Assembly (NCBI GenBank): GCA_963850905.1
Contig: CAWKMU010000003.1
Coordinates: 2,432,001 to 2,496,000, forward strand
From: an uncultured Gemmatimonadales bacterium
GTDB taxonomy: Bacteria; Gemmatimonadota; Gemmatimonadetes; Gemmatimonadales; Gemmatimonadaceae
Reading direction: 5' to 3'
Length of the DNA stretch: 64,000 nucleotides
The notes beneath the pieces are model-generated. The model did no database searches. It had not been told where the DNA came from and saw only the letters and a list, made by a program, of their open reading frames with translations. Made by a program: the position numbers and the translations under genes. This document shows, one piece after another, positions 42,123-51,818 of this stretch. Within the stretch, counting starts at the first letter, position 1. Each line of letters opens with the position of its first letter.

Positions 42123-44976
42123 ATGGGGTCTGTCGTCAACGCCGCAGATGTTCGCACCCGGTTCCTTCGCTACTTCGAGCGGAACGCCCATGCCATCCGG
42201 CCGAGCTCCTCGCTCGTGCCGGCGGACGACCCGACGCTGCTGTTCACGAACGCGGGCATGGTGCAGTTCAAGCGCGTCTTTCTCGGTCTCGAGCAGCCCG
42301 AGTTTGGCCGGCGAGCGACGACGTCGCAGAAGTGCGTCCGCGCCGGCGGCAAACACAATGACCTCGAGCAGGTGGGCCACACCGCACGGCACCACACGTT
42401 CTTCGAGATGCTCGGCAACTTCTCCTTTGGCGATTATTTCAAGCGCGATGCGATTCGCTTCGCCTGGGAGTTCGTCACGCACGAGCTGCAGATGCCCCGC
42501 GAGCACCTCCGGGTCAGTGTCTATCGCACCGACGACGAAGCCCGCGCGCTGTGGCGCGAGATCGCGGGGCTGCCGCGACTCACGCATCTACGGACTGGGC
42601 GAAGCCGACAACTTCTGGCAGATGGCGGACACCGGGCCCATGCGGCCCCTGCTAGCGAGATCTTCGTCGACCTCGCGCACGTCGCGCGCGACTGGGCGTT
42701 CCCGGCTGGCGCATCGGGCGAGTGGACCGATACGCGGCGGAGCGAGTTCTCGCACGACGCGTTCGTCGAAGGCGCCGAGGCCGGCCGATTCCTCGAGTTC
42801 TGGAACCTCGTGTTCATGCAGTTCGACCGCCAGGCGAACGGCGAGTTGTCGCCGCTTGCCCAAACCGTCGGTCGACACCGGCGCGGGCCTCGAGCGGATC
42901 GCCGCCGTCATGCAGGGCGTCACGAACAACTACCACACGGACCTCTTCGTGCCGTTGCTCGAAGACGGTCGAGGACGCCGTCGGTCGCCCGTATCGCGGG
43001 CGTGAATCGGCCGAGGTCGTGAGGGTGCGGCAGGGTGCCGCGACCGGATCTGCCGGCCGGGTCGTGACCCGGGAGATCATCGATGATCCGGCGTCATACC
43101 GGGTACTCGCCGACCATGCGCGTGCGGTCGCGTTCCTCCTTGCCGATGGCGTGTTTCCCGCCAACGACGGACGTGGCTACGTGCTGCGCCGCATTCTGCG
43201 ACGCGCCGTGCGCCACGCGTGGCTCCTCGGCCGCAACGAGCCGACCCTGGTCACCGTCGTCGCAGGCGGTGATCGACACCATGGGTGGCATGTATCCCAG
43301 AGCTTCGCTTCGCCGCAAGCATCTCGCTCGACACGACGCGCGCCGAAGAGGAGCGCTTCCTCGAGACGATCGAGGGCGGTATGGCGCGATTCGACCAGTT
43401 GGCACCCGTCGGGCGGGACCGTCGAAGGGTCGCCGACAATTCGCGGCACGATCAGTGGCGAGGACGCCTTCCGGTCTGTACGACACCTTCGGATTCCCAT
43501 CGATCTCACCGAGCTGATGGCGCGCGAGCGCGGCTACACCGTCGACACGGCCGGCTTCGAGCGTGCGCTCGAAGGGCAGCGAACGCAGTCCAAGGAAGAG
43601 CGCCGCGGGCGCCGCATCGGCGTCACGGTCGATGAGCTGGGTGATGCCGAGGGGTGGGACTACGCGGATCGCCAACCTCAAGTCGCGCGCCCGCAGACCG
43701 GTTTCGCTTCGTCGGATACGATGCGCTGGAGGTTGCACACGCGAGTGGCAGCGAAACGCGACCTCGCGGACGGCAGGCTCGGCCTCATTCTCGAGGAGCG
43801 TCCCTTCTACGTCGAATCCGGTGGACAGATCTCGGACCAGGGCGAGGTCGTCGGCGAAGGGTGGCGACTGGACGTCGAGGACGTGCGCAAGCTCGACAGT
43901 CGGGTGGCCATCATCGGACGTCTCGAGGGAAGCTTTCACTGGGGGTCCGTGGTCGCTCGGGTGCCACGCGACACCCGACAGGATACGGAACGCAATCACA
44001 CGGCCACCCACCTCCTGCACGCCGCACTCCGCCAGGTGCTCGGTGAGCACGTCCACCAGCGCGGGTCGCTCGTCGCGCCCGATCGGCTCCGCTTCGACTT
44101 CAGCCACTCGGCCCCATTGACGGCGGACGAGCTGTCGGAGATCGAGGAGACTGGTCAATCGCGAGATCGCGCGTGCCGTTCCCGTCGATCGTTCGGAGCA
44201 ACCCTACGCCGAGGCGCGCGCAGCAGGCGCGATGGCGTTGTTCGGGGAGAAGTACGGCGACATCGTGCGTGTGGTCACGGTGCCCGGATTCTCAGCCGAG
44301 CTGTGCGGCGGGACGCACGTACGGAACACGAGCGGATATCCTGCAGTTCCAGATCGTGTCCGAGACTGGCGTGGGAGGCGGGACCCGACGCATCGAGGCG
44401 GTCACAGGCCGCGGGGCGTACGCGCGCACGCGGGCATACGAGGCCGCTGTCGCCGCGATCGCACGCACCTTGCGGGCGCCATCCGACCCCGCAGGCGTCG
44501 CCGCACGTGTCGAGCAACTCGTCAACGAACGCCGAGAGCTCGACAAGCGGCTCAAGGATGCGCTTCGCGGGGGCGGCGCGCAGGGCGGCGGTCAGGTTCA
44601 CGACCTCATGTCGAGCGCGATGTCGGTCAATGGGGCGCGCGTCGTGTCAGCCCGCGTCGACGCGGCCGATCTGGCGGCGCTGCAGACGCTGGGCGACGCG
44701 CTGCGAGAGCGGTTGGGCTCGGGCATCGGCGCACTTGCCGCGTCGTTCGAGGATGGGAAGCACACGTTGCTCATCGTGGCGACCGACGACCTGCGCGAGC
44801 GCGGCGTCCGCGCGGACGTCATCGTGCGCGAAGTCGCCGCAGCGGCCGGCGGGCGCGGCGGTGGCAAGCCGCACATGGCGCAGGCAGGCTTTCCCGATGC
44901 AGCCCGAGTGGCGACAGCACTCGATTCGGTGCTCCCGACGGTGCGCCGATTACTGAGTCCCACCACCGAAACCTGA
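42123..44976 (+). CDS. alaS: Alanine--tRNA ligase (split by multiple frameshifts, probably sequencing errors)
   Basis: [62 protein letters not shown] and [11 protein letters not shown] appear in order across all three frames. Confidence 0.92.
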
Positions 44977-44987
44977 CGGCCGACCCC

Positions 44988-45350
44988 GTGTCCACGAGTC
45001 GCTCCATCCCAGAGCCGCCTGCGAGCCCGCGGTCTATCGCTGGACCGGCTGAACCGCCCCCGGTGCTGACACGGTCCATCGAGGACGCCATTGCCGCGCT
45101 GGGGCGCGGTGAGTCGTTGGCGACGGCGTCACCCGATACGCTGCTTGCCGCGGCGGAGCGCGTCTTTCGCGAGACGCTCAAGGCGGGCTGCAACTCCCGA
45201 GCGAGTGCGGTCGCCCTACTCGCGGTCGATGCTTTGGTGACCTACGCGTTCGAACGTGCAAGCGACGACCCGGCACGCATCGAGGAGCGGGCTGCGCAGG
45301 CGATGGCCTCTCTCGCGGCGCTGACGGATCTGGCTCACTCGTCAGCTTGA
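44988..45350 (+). CDS. Hypothetical protein
   Basis: Fills the gap between alaS and the phosphatase; stop overlaps the next start. Confidence 0.6.
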   Translation: MSTSRSIPEPPASPRSIAGPAEPPPVLTRSIEDAIAALGRGESLATASPDTLLAAAERVFRETLKAGCNSRASAVALLAVDALVTYAFERASDDPARIEERAAQAMASLAALTDLAHSSA

Positions 45351-46105
45351 TCGACCTGCACACGCACCTCCTGCCGGGCGTCGACGACGGCTCGCCGTCG
45401 GTCGAGGTCTCGCTGGGGGTGTTGCAGCGGTTCGCGGCGGATGGGGTCGACGTGGTCGTGTGTACGCCCCACTTGCGAGCGTCCCAGGCCGTGAAGGTCA
45501 CGGACACGACTTACGCCAGCGTGTTCGACGCGTTGATCGCGGCCGCCCCGCCACGTCCCGTTCTCAAACGGGGGTGGGAGATCATGCTCGACGTGCCGGG
45601 GGCCGATCTCAGTGCCCGCACGCTGACCCTCGCCGGCTCGACTGCGATGCTCGTGGAATTTCCGCGGACGGGCGTGCCGCTCCGGGCCATCGACGAGCTC
45701 CGAAGGGTGCGCAACGAAGGGCGGGTGCCGGTGCTCGCGCATCCAGAACGGTACTGGGGATGCACCTTGAGCCAGATCCGGTCTTGGCGTGAAGGGGGGA
45801 CGGTCATGCAGATCGACGCGGTCGCCCTGCTCGCGGGCGGTCGCATGGGGGAAATGGCCCTCGCGCTGATCGAGGAGGGGCTGGCTGACTGCCTGGCCAG
45901 CGACAACCACGGCGACACACGGTCCCTTGCGATGGTGCGCCAGTGGTTCGTCGAGCAGGACGCCGAGGAGCATGCGGCGCTCCTCACGGAGGTCAATCCG
46001 CGGCGACTCCTCGAGGATCTGCCGGTGCTGCCGGTCCCGCCCGTCCGCGTGCGACGCGGCTTGCTGGAACGGCTGCGTGAGTTGATGCGGGGACGACGGC
46101 GATGA
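45347..46105 (+). CDS. PHP-family tyrosine phosphatase (CpsB/CapC/YwqE-like)
   Basis: [29 protein letters not shown]. Confidence 0.88.
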   Translation: MIDLHTHLLPGVDDGSPSVEVSLGVLQRFAADGVDVVVCTPHLRASQAVKVTDTTYASVFDALIAAAPPRPVLKRGWEIMLDVPGADLSARTLTLAGSTAMLVEFPRTGVPLRAIDELRRVRNEGRVPVLAHPERYWGCTLSQIRSWREGGTVMQIDAVALLAGGRMGEMALALIEEGLADCLASDNHGDTRSLAMVRQWFVEQDAEEHAALLTEVNPRRLLEDLPVLPVPPVRVRRGLLERLRELMRGRRR

Positions 46106-46115
46106 GAGCGCCGCG

Positions 46116-47084
46116 ATGATTGCCATCATCTTCACTGGCGGGACCATCTCCATGCGTATCGACCCGTCGACGGGCGGGGCAGTGCCAGCGATCGGCGGGG
46201 CTGAGTTGTTGGCGAACGCGCCGGGGATCGAGCAGATCTCGCCGATCGAGGTCGATGAATGGGCGACGATGGCGGCATCGCATTTCACCGTCGAGCATCT
46301 GTGGAGCATTCGCGCGCGCATCCGCTCGCACCTCGCTCGCAGCGAGGTCGCGGGCGTGGTCGTCGCGCAGGGCACGGACACCTTGGAGGAGAGCGCCTAC
46401 CTCATGGCGCGGTCGATTGCCTCGACCAAGCCAGTGGTGTTCACCGGCGCGATGCGCACCTCTCAGGATCTCGGCTGGGACGGCCCCGTGAATCTCCTCG
46501 ACTCGGTCCGCGTGGCGGCCAGCCCGCGGTCGCGCGGCCAGGGAGTGCTCGTCGTGTTCGGCAGCCGCATCTTCTCGGCCCGTGACGTCACGAAGGTCGA
46601 CACACGGCTCCCAGATGCTTTCGACAGCCCGGGGCTCGGTGCCATTGGTGAGGTCGATGGCGAGACCGTCATCTTCCGGCGGTGTGTTCCGCTGGGTTCA
46701 ACTCTAGATCCACCGCGCCTCGCGGCGCCGGTCGACATCGTGTACTCGTATGTCGGCTGCGACGGCCGCCTCGTGGACGCGGCGCGCGCGGAGAGCGTCG
46801 GCCTCGTGATCGGTGCGCTTGGGCGTGGAAACACGAACCCGCTCTTTTTCGAGGCGGTCCTCCGCTGGCTGTCGTCGGGCAAGCCCGTGGTCGTCGCATC
46901 GCGCGCCCAGCGCGGCCGCGTCGGCGCGACCTACGGGTTTCGCGGAGGTGGGAAGACGCTGCTCGATGCCGGGGCCATCTTCGCGGGCGGCCGTCGGCCG
47001 CAGCACGCGCGGATCGACCTGATGCTGGGCCTGGGCGCGAGCCTGTCCGGGCAGGCCTTGAGCGCGATATTCGACGAGTCGTGA
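46116..47084 (+). CDS. L-asparaginase
   Basis: FTGGTISM, GTDTLEE, VFTGAMR. Confidence 0.9.
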   Translation: MIAIIFTGGTISMRIDPSTGGAVPAIGGAELLANAPGIEQISPIEVDEWATMAASHFTVEHLWSIRARIRSHLARSEVAGVVVAQGTDTLEESAYLMARSIASTKPVVFTGAMRTSQDLGWDGPVNLLDSVRVAASPRSRGQGVLVVFGSRIFSARDVTKVDTRLPDAFDSPGLGAIGEVDGETVIFRRCVPLGSTLDPPRLAAPVDIVYSYVGCDGRLVDAARAESVGLVIGALGRGNTNPLFFEAVLRWLSSGKPVVVASRAQRGRVGATYGFRGGGKTLLDAGAIFAGGRRPQHARIDLMLGLGASLSGQALSAIFDES

Positions 47085-47104
47085 CAACTAAGGGCGGAGA
47101 CGCG

Positions 47105-48466
47105 GTGGAGCATGGTACGCCCGAAGAGGGGGTGATCTTGCGTCCCCCGGCCGCGGTGGTCGACATCGCGAAACGGCTGGAAGCGGCGGGGCACGAAACC
47201 TGGTGTGTGGGGGGCGCCGTCCGCGACGCCTTGCTTGGGCATCCGCACAGCGACTGGGACCTCGCGACGGCAGCGCGCCCTGACGACGTGATGCGGCTCT
47301 TCCCGCGGCGCACGATCCCGGTGGGCGTGCCCCACGGAACGGTCGGCGTCCTCGATCGCTCGAGGGTGCTCCACGAAGTGACCACCTTTCGCCGCGACGT
47401 GCGCACCGACGGTCGACATGCGGAGGTCGAGTTCGGCGCCTCGCTCGACGAAGATCTCGCGCGACGAGACTTCACGATCAACGCCATCGCCTATTCGCCG
47501 ACGCGCCACATCCTCCACGACCCGTTCCATGGCCGCGAGGATCTGGCGCGGCGGGTCGTGCGTGCCGTAGGGCGACCCGCCGATCGCATGCGGGAGGACC
47601 GGCTGCGGGCGCTGCGCGCGTTGCGCTTTGCCGGCCGCTTCGACTTCGCGATCGATGCCGACACGTGGGCCGCGATCCTGGCGAGTGCGTCGTTCTTGAC
47701 TCGCCTGTCGGCCGAGCGCGTCAAGGAGGAACTGACCAAGACCATGGTGCAAGTCGCGCGACCTGCACGAGCGCTCCTGCTGTGGCGCGACAGCGCTGCA
47801 CTGAGTGTGTTGGTGCCGGCGCTTGGCGGACTGAGTGGGGTCGACATCGCCACCCTGGATTGTCTCCCCCAGCCACGAGATGGGAGGGCCGCGCGCAGCG
47901 CGGCGCGCGCTGATGCCCGCCGGCTGGCCCGGCTCGCCGCGCTCTTTCTCACCTGTCCGGTCGAGGACGCGGAGCGGGCGCTCAAGGGGCTGCGTTTCTC
48001 GAACGCCGACGCTGACTGGATTGTGAGTCTCGTGGGCGCGTGGCATACGGTAGGCGCCGACATGGAGTGGACTTTGCTGTCGAGCCACACTCCGCTAGAG
48101 GCGACGGTGCGGCGCTGGGTCGCCGGCATTGGGCGGCTGCGAGTCCCGATGCTGTTCCGGCTGGCCGCGGCACGCTGGGCGGCGACGCGCGATGCCGGGG
48201 GGGCCGCGCCGACCTCGCGCGAGGTGCGGGCTCTCTACCGCCGGGCGATCCACAGTGCCTTCCATGATGCCATTCAGCTGTCCGACCTGGCAGTCGACGG
48301 GACCGATCTCATCGACGCTGGTATTGCGCACGGCCCCCTGGTTGGGTCCATGTTGCGACGGTTGATGGTCGCAGTCGTCGAGGATCAGAGTCTCAACACC
48401 CGCGATCGGTTGCTGGAACTGGCGCGGCAATGGGTGCTAGAGTCGCCGCCGGATCGGTCGGCGTAA
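47105..48466 (+). CDS. cca: CCA tRNA nucleotidyltransferase
   Basis: VGGAVRD, DWDLAT, EVTTFR, DLARRDFTINA, EDRLRALR. Start could be 47081, 47105 or 47132. Confidence 0.88.
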   Translation: MEHGTPEEGVILRPPAAVVDIAKRLEAAGHETWCVGGAVRDALLGHPHSDWDLATAARPDDVMRLFPRRTIPVGVPHGTVGVLDRSRVLHEVTTFRRDVRTDGRHAEVEFGASLDEDLARRDFTINAIAYSPTRHILHDPFHGREDLARRVVRAVGRPADRMREDRLRALRALRFAGRFDFAIDADTWAAILASASFLTRLSAERVKEELTKTMVQVARPARALLLWRDSAALSVLVPALGGLSGVDIATLDCLPQPRDGRAARSAARADARRLARLAALFLTCPVEDAERALKGLRFSNADADWIVSLVGAWHTVGADMEWTLLSSHTPLEATVRRWVAGIGRLRVPMLFRLAAARWAATRDAGGAAPTSREVRALYRRAIHSAFHDAIQLSDLAVDGTDLIDAGIAHGPLVGSMLRRLMVAVVEDQSLNTRDRLLELARQWVLESPPDRSA

Positions 48467-48483
48467 GGGGAGGAGAGGGCATC

Positions 48484-49017
48484 GTGGTGTTTTTCCGCGG
48501 GCGTCAGCCTGAGACATCGGTGTGGCGTCGATTCCGGTCGGGGCTGGACGGCTTCACCTTCGTCAAGGAGGACGACCACTACGCGGCGCACATCGTGACG
48601 AACGCGGAACGGGCGGTGGACCTCTTCCACTTGCTACTCGAGCATCTGCCGCCCGCGGTCGACATCGCGATCGATGACCGGCGGAGCCGCCGCAGCTGGT
48701 CGGGCGAGCAAATCGCACTTCCCGACGTACAGGATGGGATCGGGCGCTTGAAAGTCTCCCTTGCCGCGGCCGGTGGTGTGGAGATCTCGATTTACACGGC
48801 GGATGATCAGATCACCCTCAACCCGCAGCTCGAGCTCTTCATCTACGCGCGGAGCGACCGGTGGCTCTACCTCCTCCTCGGACTCGGCCTCGAGGAGCGG
48901 ACCCTCGTCCCCACGCGCAGCTGGAAGCTGTTGCATCACGATTTCGAGGCCGCGCCCGAGCTCTCGGATGGGCTCATTGGTATGACCACGCGCCTGGGAT
49001 TGCGGGCGCCGACATGA
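48484..49017 (+). CDS. Hypothetical protein
   Basis: GGAGGAG RBS; stop overlaps the rarA start; no recognisable family. Confidence 0.65.
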   Translation: MVFFRGRQPETSVWRRFRSGLDGFTFVKEDDHYAAHIVTNAERAVDLFHLLLEHLPPAVDIAIDDRRSRRSWSGEQIALPDVQDGIGRLKVSLAAAGGVEISIYTADDQITLNPQLELFIYARSDRWLYLLLGLGLEERTLVPTRSWKLLHHDFEAAPELSDGLIGMTTRLGLRAPT

Positions 49018-50426
49018 GTCCCGGCGACCGAGGATCAGCGGCGCCCGCACGGTCAGAACCCCTCGCCTCGCGGATGCGTCCGCGCACCCTCGACGAGTTC
49101 GTCGGGCAGGGGCGGCTGCTGGGTCCAGGCACACCGCTCAGGACCGAGATCGAGAGCGGGCAAGTGACCTCGATGCTTTTTTGGGGTCCGCCGGGCAGTG
49201 GCAAGACGACGCTCGGCCGCCTGATCGCACATTACACGGACCGCGAATTCGTGCCGTTTTCCGCGGTCACCGAGGGTGTGCCGCGCGTGCGGGTGATCGT
49301 GGCGGAGGCGGACGAGCGGTTGGCGACTGGTCGGGGGACCGTGCTGTTCGTGGACGAGATCCATCGCTTCAATCGCGCGCAACAGGATGCCTTCTTGCCG
49401 TTCGTGGAGCGCGGGACGATCACACTCGTCGGCGCGACGACGGAGAACCCGTCATTCGAGATCACGGGCGCGTTGCTGTCACGGCTCCGCGTGTTCGTCC
49501 TCGAGGCATTGCAGCCGGCGGAGATCGCGACGGTCGTGCAGCAGGCGCTCGCGGATGAGACACGCGGGCTCGGTGCATTGGGACTGACGCTCGAGTCGGG
49601 GGCACTCGACCTGATCGTGACGCAGGCCGATGGGGACGCGCGACGGGCGTTGACGGCCCTCGAGGCCGCCGCGGCAACGGTTGGTCGACGACGTGGGAGC
49701 GGTCGCACGATCACCGCAGAGACGGTGCGCTCGGCGCTCCAGGCCCGGCTCCCCAAGTACGACAAGTCGGGGGAGGAGCACTACAATCTCATCTCGGCGT
49801 ATCACAAATCGTTGCGCGGGAGTGACGCGCAGGGGGCGCTCTACTGGTTGGCCCGCATGATCGAGGCGGGCGAGGACCCGATGTACATCGCGAGACGCAC
49901 GGTGCGGTTCGCGGCAGAGGACGTCGGTCTGGCGGATCCGACGGCGTTGCGGGTGGCGATCGCGGCACGCGATGCGTACCACTTTCTCGGCTCGCCGGAG
50001 GGCGAGCTCGCCATCGCGGAGGCGGCGGTGTACCTCGCAACGGCGCCCAAGTCGAATGCGGTGTATCGCGCGTGGGGCGCGGCGCTGGAGCTGGCGCGCG
50101 AGACGCCGGCCGAGCCGGTGCCGCTCCACTTGCGCAATGCGCCGACGCCGCTCATGAAGGAACTGGGGTACGGGCGCGACTATCAGTATGCGCATTCGGT
50201 GCCTGAGGCATACATTCCCCAGGATTATCTGCCCACGCGCGTCGCGGGCAGCGTGTTGTACGAGCCGGGGCCGTTCGGATTCGAGAAGGACATCGCGAAG
50301 CGTCTGGCCTGGTGGGCGGAGCTTCGGCAGCGATTCGAGCGTCGCGACGAATCGGAAGAGGGAAGCGTGGAGTCGACGTCGTCGGATCCGCGCGCTCAGG
50401 GGGAGGACAGGAGTGCGGAGGCGTAG
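49014..50426 (+). CDS. rarA: Replication-associated recombination protein A (AAA+)
   Basis: PLASRMRP, GPPGSGKTT, DEIHRFN, ATTENPSF, KSLRGSD, EDVGLADP. Confidence 0.95.
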   Translation: MSPGDRGSAAPARSEPLASRMRPRTLDEFVGQGRLLGPGTPLRTEIESGQVTSMLFWGPPGSGKTTLGRLIAHYTDREFVPFSAVTEGVPRVRVIVAEADERLATGRGTVLFVDEIHRFNRAQQDAFLPFVERGTITLVGATTENPSFEITGALLSRLRVFVLEALQPAEIATVVQQALADETRGLGALGLTLESGALDLIVTQADGDARRALTALEAAAATVGRRRGSGRTITAETVRSALQARLPKYDKSGEEHYNLISAYHKSLRGSDAQGALYWLARMIEAGEDPMYIARRTVRFAAEDVGLADPTALRVAIAARDAYHFLGSPEGELAIAEAAVYLATAPKSNAVYRAWGAALELARETPAEPVPLHLRNAPTPLMKELGYGRDYQYAHSVPEAYIPQDYLPTRVAGSVLYEPGPFGFEKDIAKRLAWWAELRQRFERRDESEEGSVESTSSDPRAQGEDRSAEA

Positions 50427-50480
50427 TCGAGTGGACTGGACCCGCGCGGTGGCGCGCCGCGCCGTGCAGCAGGAGCTGAT

Positions 50481-51818
50481 ATCTCTCGCGAGCTGATTTC
50501 CCTCGAGCCGCCCGTCGAGCGAGCCATCCTCGTGGGCGCGCCCCTCAAGCGGTCATCAGAACGGCATCAAGTCGAAGAGCACTTGGAGGAGCTGGCGCGA
50601 CTCGTGGACACGGCGGGGGCCGTCGTGGTCGACGAGATCACCCAGCGTATCGAGCGCCCTGACCCGGCGACGTATCTCGGTCGCGGCAAGATCGAAGAGC
50701 TGCGGACGCGGATCGAGAGCACGCAGGCATCGCTCGTCATCTTCGACGAGGAGCTGACGCCGGCGCAAGGCAAGAACATCGAGGATGCGACCGGTCGGCG
50801 GGTCATCGACCGCACCGAGCTCATTCTCGATATTTTCGCGACGCGAGCGCGAACCAGCGAAGCGAAGCTCCAGGTGGAGCTGGCGCAGCTGGAGTACATG
50901 CTTCCGCGACTGCGGCGGATGTGGGCACACCTGGAGCGCGTCCGAGGCGGCATCGGCATGCGAGGTCCCGGTGAGACGCAGCTCGAGACGGACCGTCGGT
51001 TGATCGGTCAGCGGATCAAGCTGTTACGCGACCGTCTCGAGGAAGTCGCCCGTACCCGCGCCGTCCAGCGGCAGTCACGGATGAGCTCGTTTCGGGCCGC
51101 GCTGGTCGGATACACCAACGCCGGTAAATCGTCCATCCTCCGCGGACTATCGGGTGCGATGGATGTGGTCGTCGAGGATCGGCTGTTCGCGACGCTCGAC
51201 CCACTCACGCGCGACGTAGATGTGCGAAGCGGCGGAGGAGCGCGGGTGTTGGTGACCGATACCGTTGGATTCATTCGAAAGCTGCCCCACCACCTCGTGG
51301 CGTCATTCCGGGCGACGCTCGAGGAAGTGACGCAGGCCGATTTGCTGTTGCATGTGATCGACGCGAGCTACGCGCAATGGGAGGACCAGCGCGCGGTCGT
51401 CGAAGATGTGCTGGCAGACATCGGGGCGGCGGCGACGCCGGTGCGGTACGTGTTCAATAAGATGGACCTGCTGCCTGGGCCCGAGGCGGCGGCGCTGCGC
51501 GAGCGCGCGGGGAATTTGATGCCCGGCTCGGTGTTCGTCTCGACCATGACCGACGGGGGCATCGAGCCCCTGCGCCGGTTGCTCGCCAGCGAGCGACAGG
51601 CGCTGCGACCCATTATGCGGATTCTGCTTCCCAGCGATTCCGGTCGGTGGCTTGCCGAGTTGTACCGCGAGGCGGAGGTGGTGTCCGTGGGGAGCGAGGG
51701 CTCTGTGGTCGTCGTGCGGGCCCGCGCCGATGACGCGCTGCTCGGTCGACTGCGGCAGGCCGGGGCGGAGGTGACGCCTTCGGCGCGCGTCGCGAACGAA
51801 TCACAGGCGGCGGGATGA
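50481..51818 (+). CDS. hflX: Ribosome-splitting GTPase HflX
   Basis: GPGETQLETDRR, GYTNAGKS, LFATLDP, DTVGF, NKMD. First standard start is GTG 50532, but the conserved ERAILVG motif begins upstream of it. Confidence 0.93.
   Translation: MSRELISLEPPVERAILVGAPLKRSSERHQVEEHLEELARLVDTAGAVVVDEITQRIERPDPATYLGRGKIEELRTRIESTQASLVIFDEELTPAQGKNIEDATGRRVIDRTELILDIFATRARTSEAKLQVELAQLEYMLPRLRRMWAHLERVRGGIGMRGPGETQLETDRRLIGQRIKLLRDRLEEVARTRAVQRQSRMSSFRAALVGYTNAGKSSILRGLSGAMDVVVEDRLFATLDPLTRDVDVRSGGGARVLVTDTVGFIRKLPHHLVASFRATLEEVTQADLLLHVIDASYAQWEDQRAVVEDVLADIGAAATPVRYVFNKMDLLPGPEAAALRERAGNLMPGSVFVSTMTDGGIEPLRRLLASERQALRPIMRILLPSDSGRWLAELYREAEVVSVGSEGSVVVVRARADDALLGRLRQAGAEVTPSARVANESQAAG

Noticed and set aside
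42550..44400. Programmed frameshifting or true pseudogene in alaS
   Set aside because: There are too many shifts and no obvious slippery sites, and the gene is essential; sequencing error is more parsimonious.
50424..50426. rarA and hflX are in the same frame, separated by one TAG (possible read-through or pyrrolysine fusion)
   Set aside because: This has a one-in-three chance; hflX has its own RBS, the rarA tail is low-complexity, and there is no recoding evidence.
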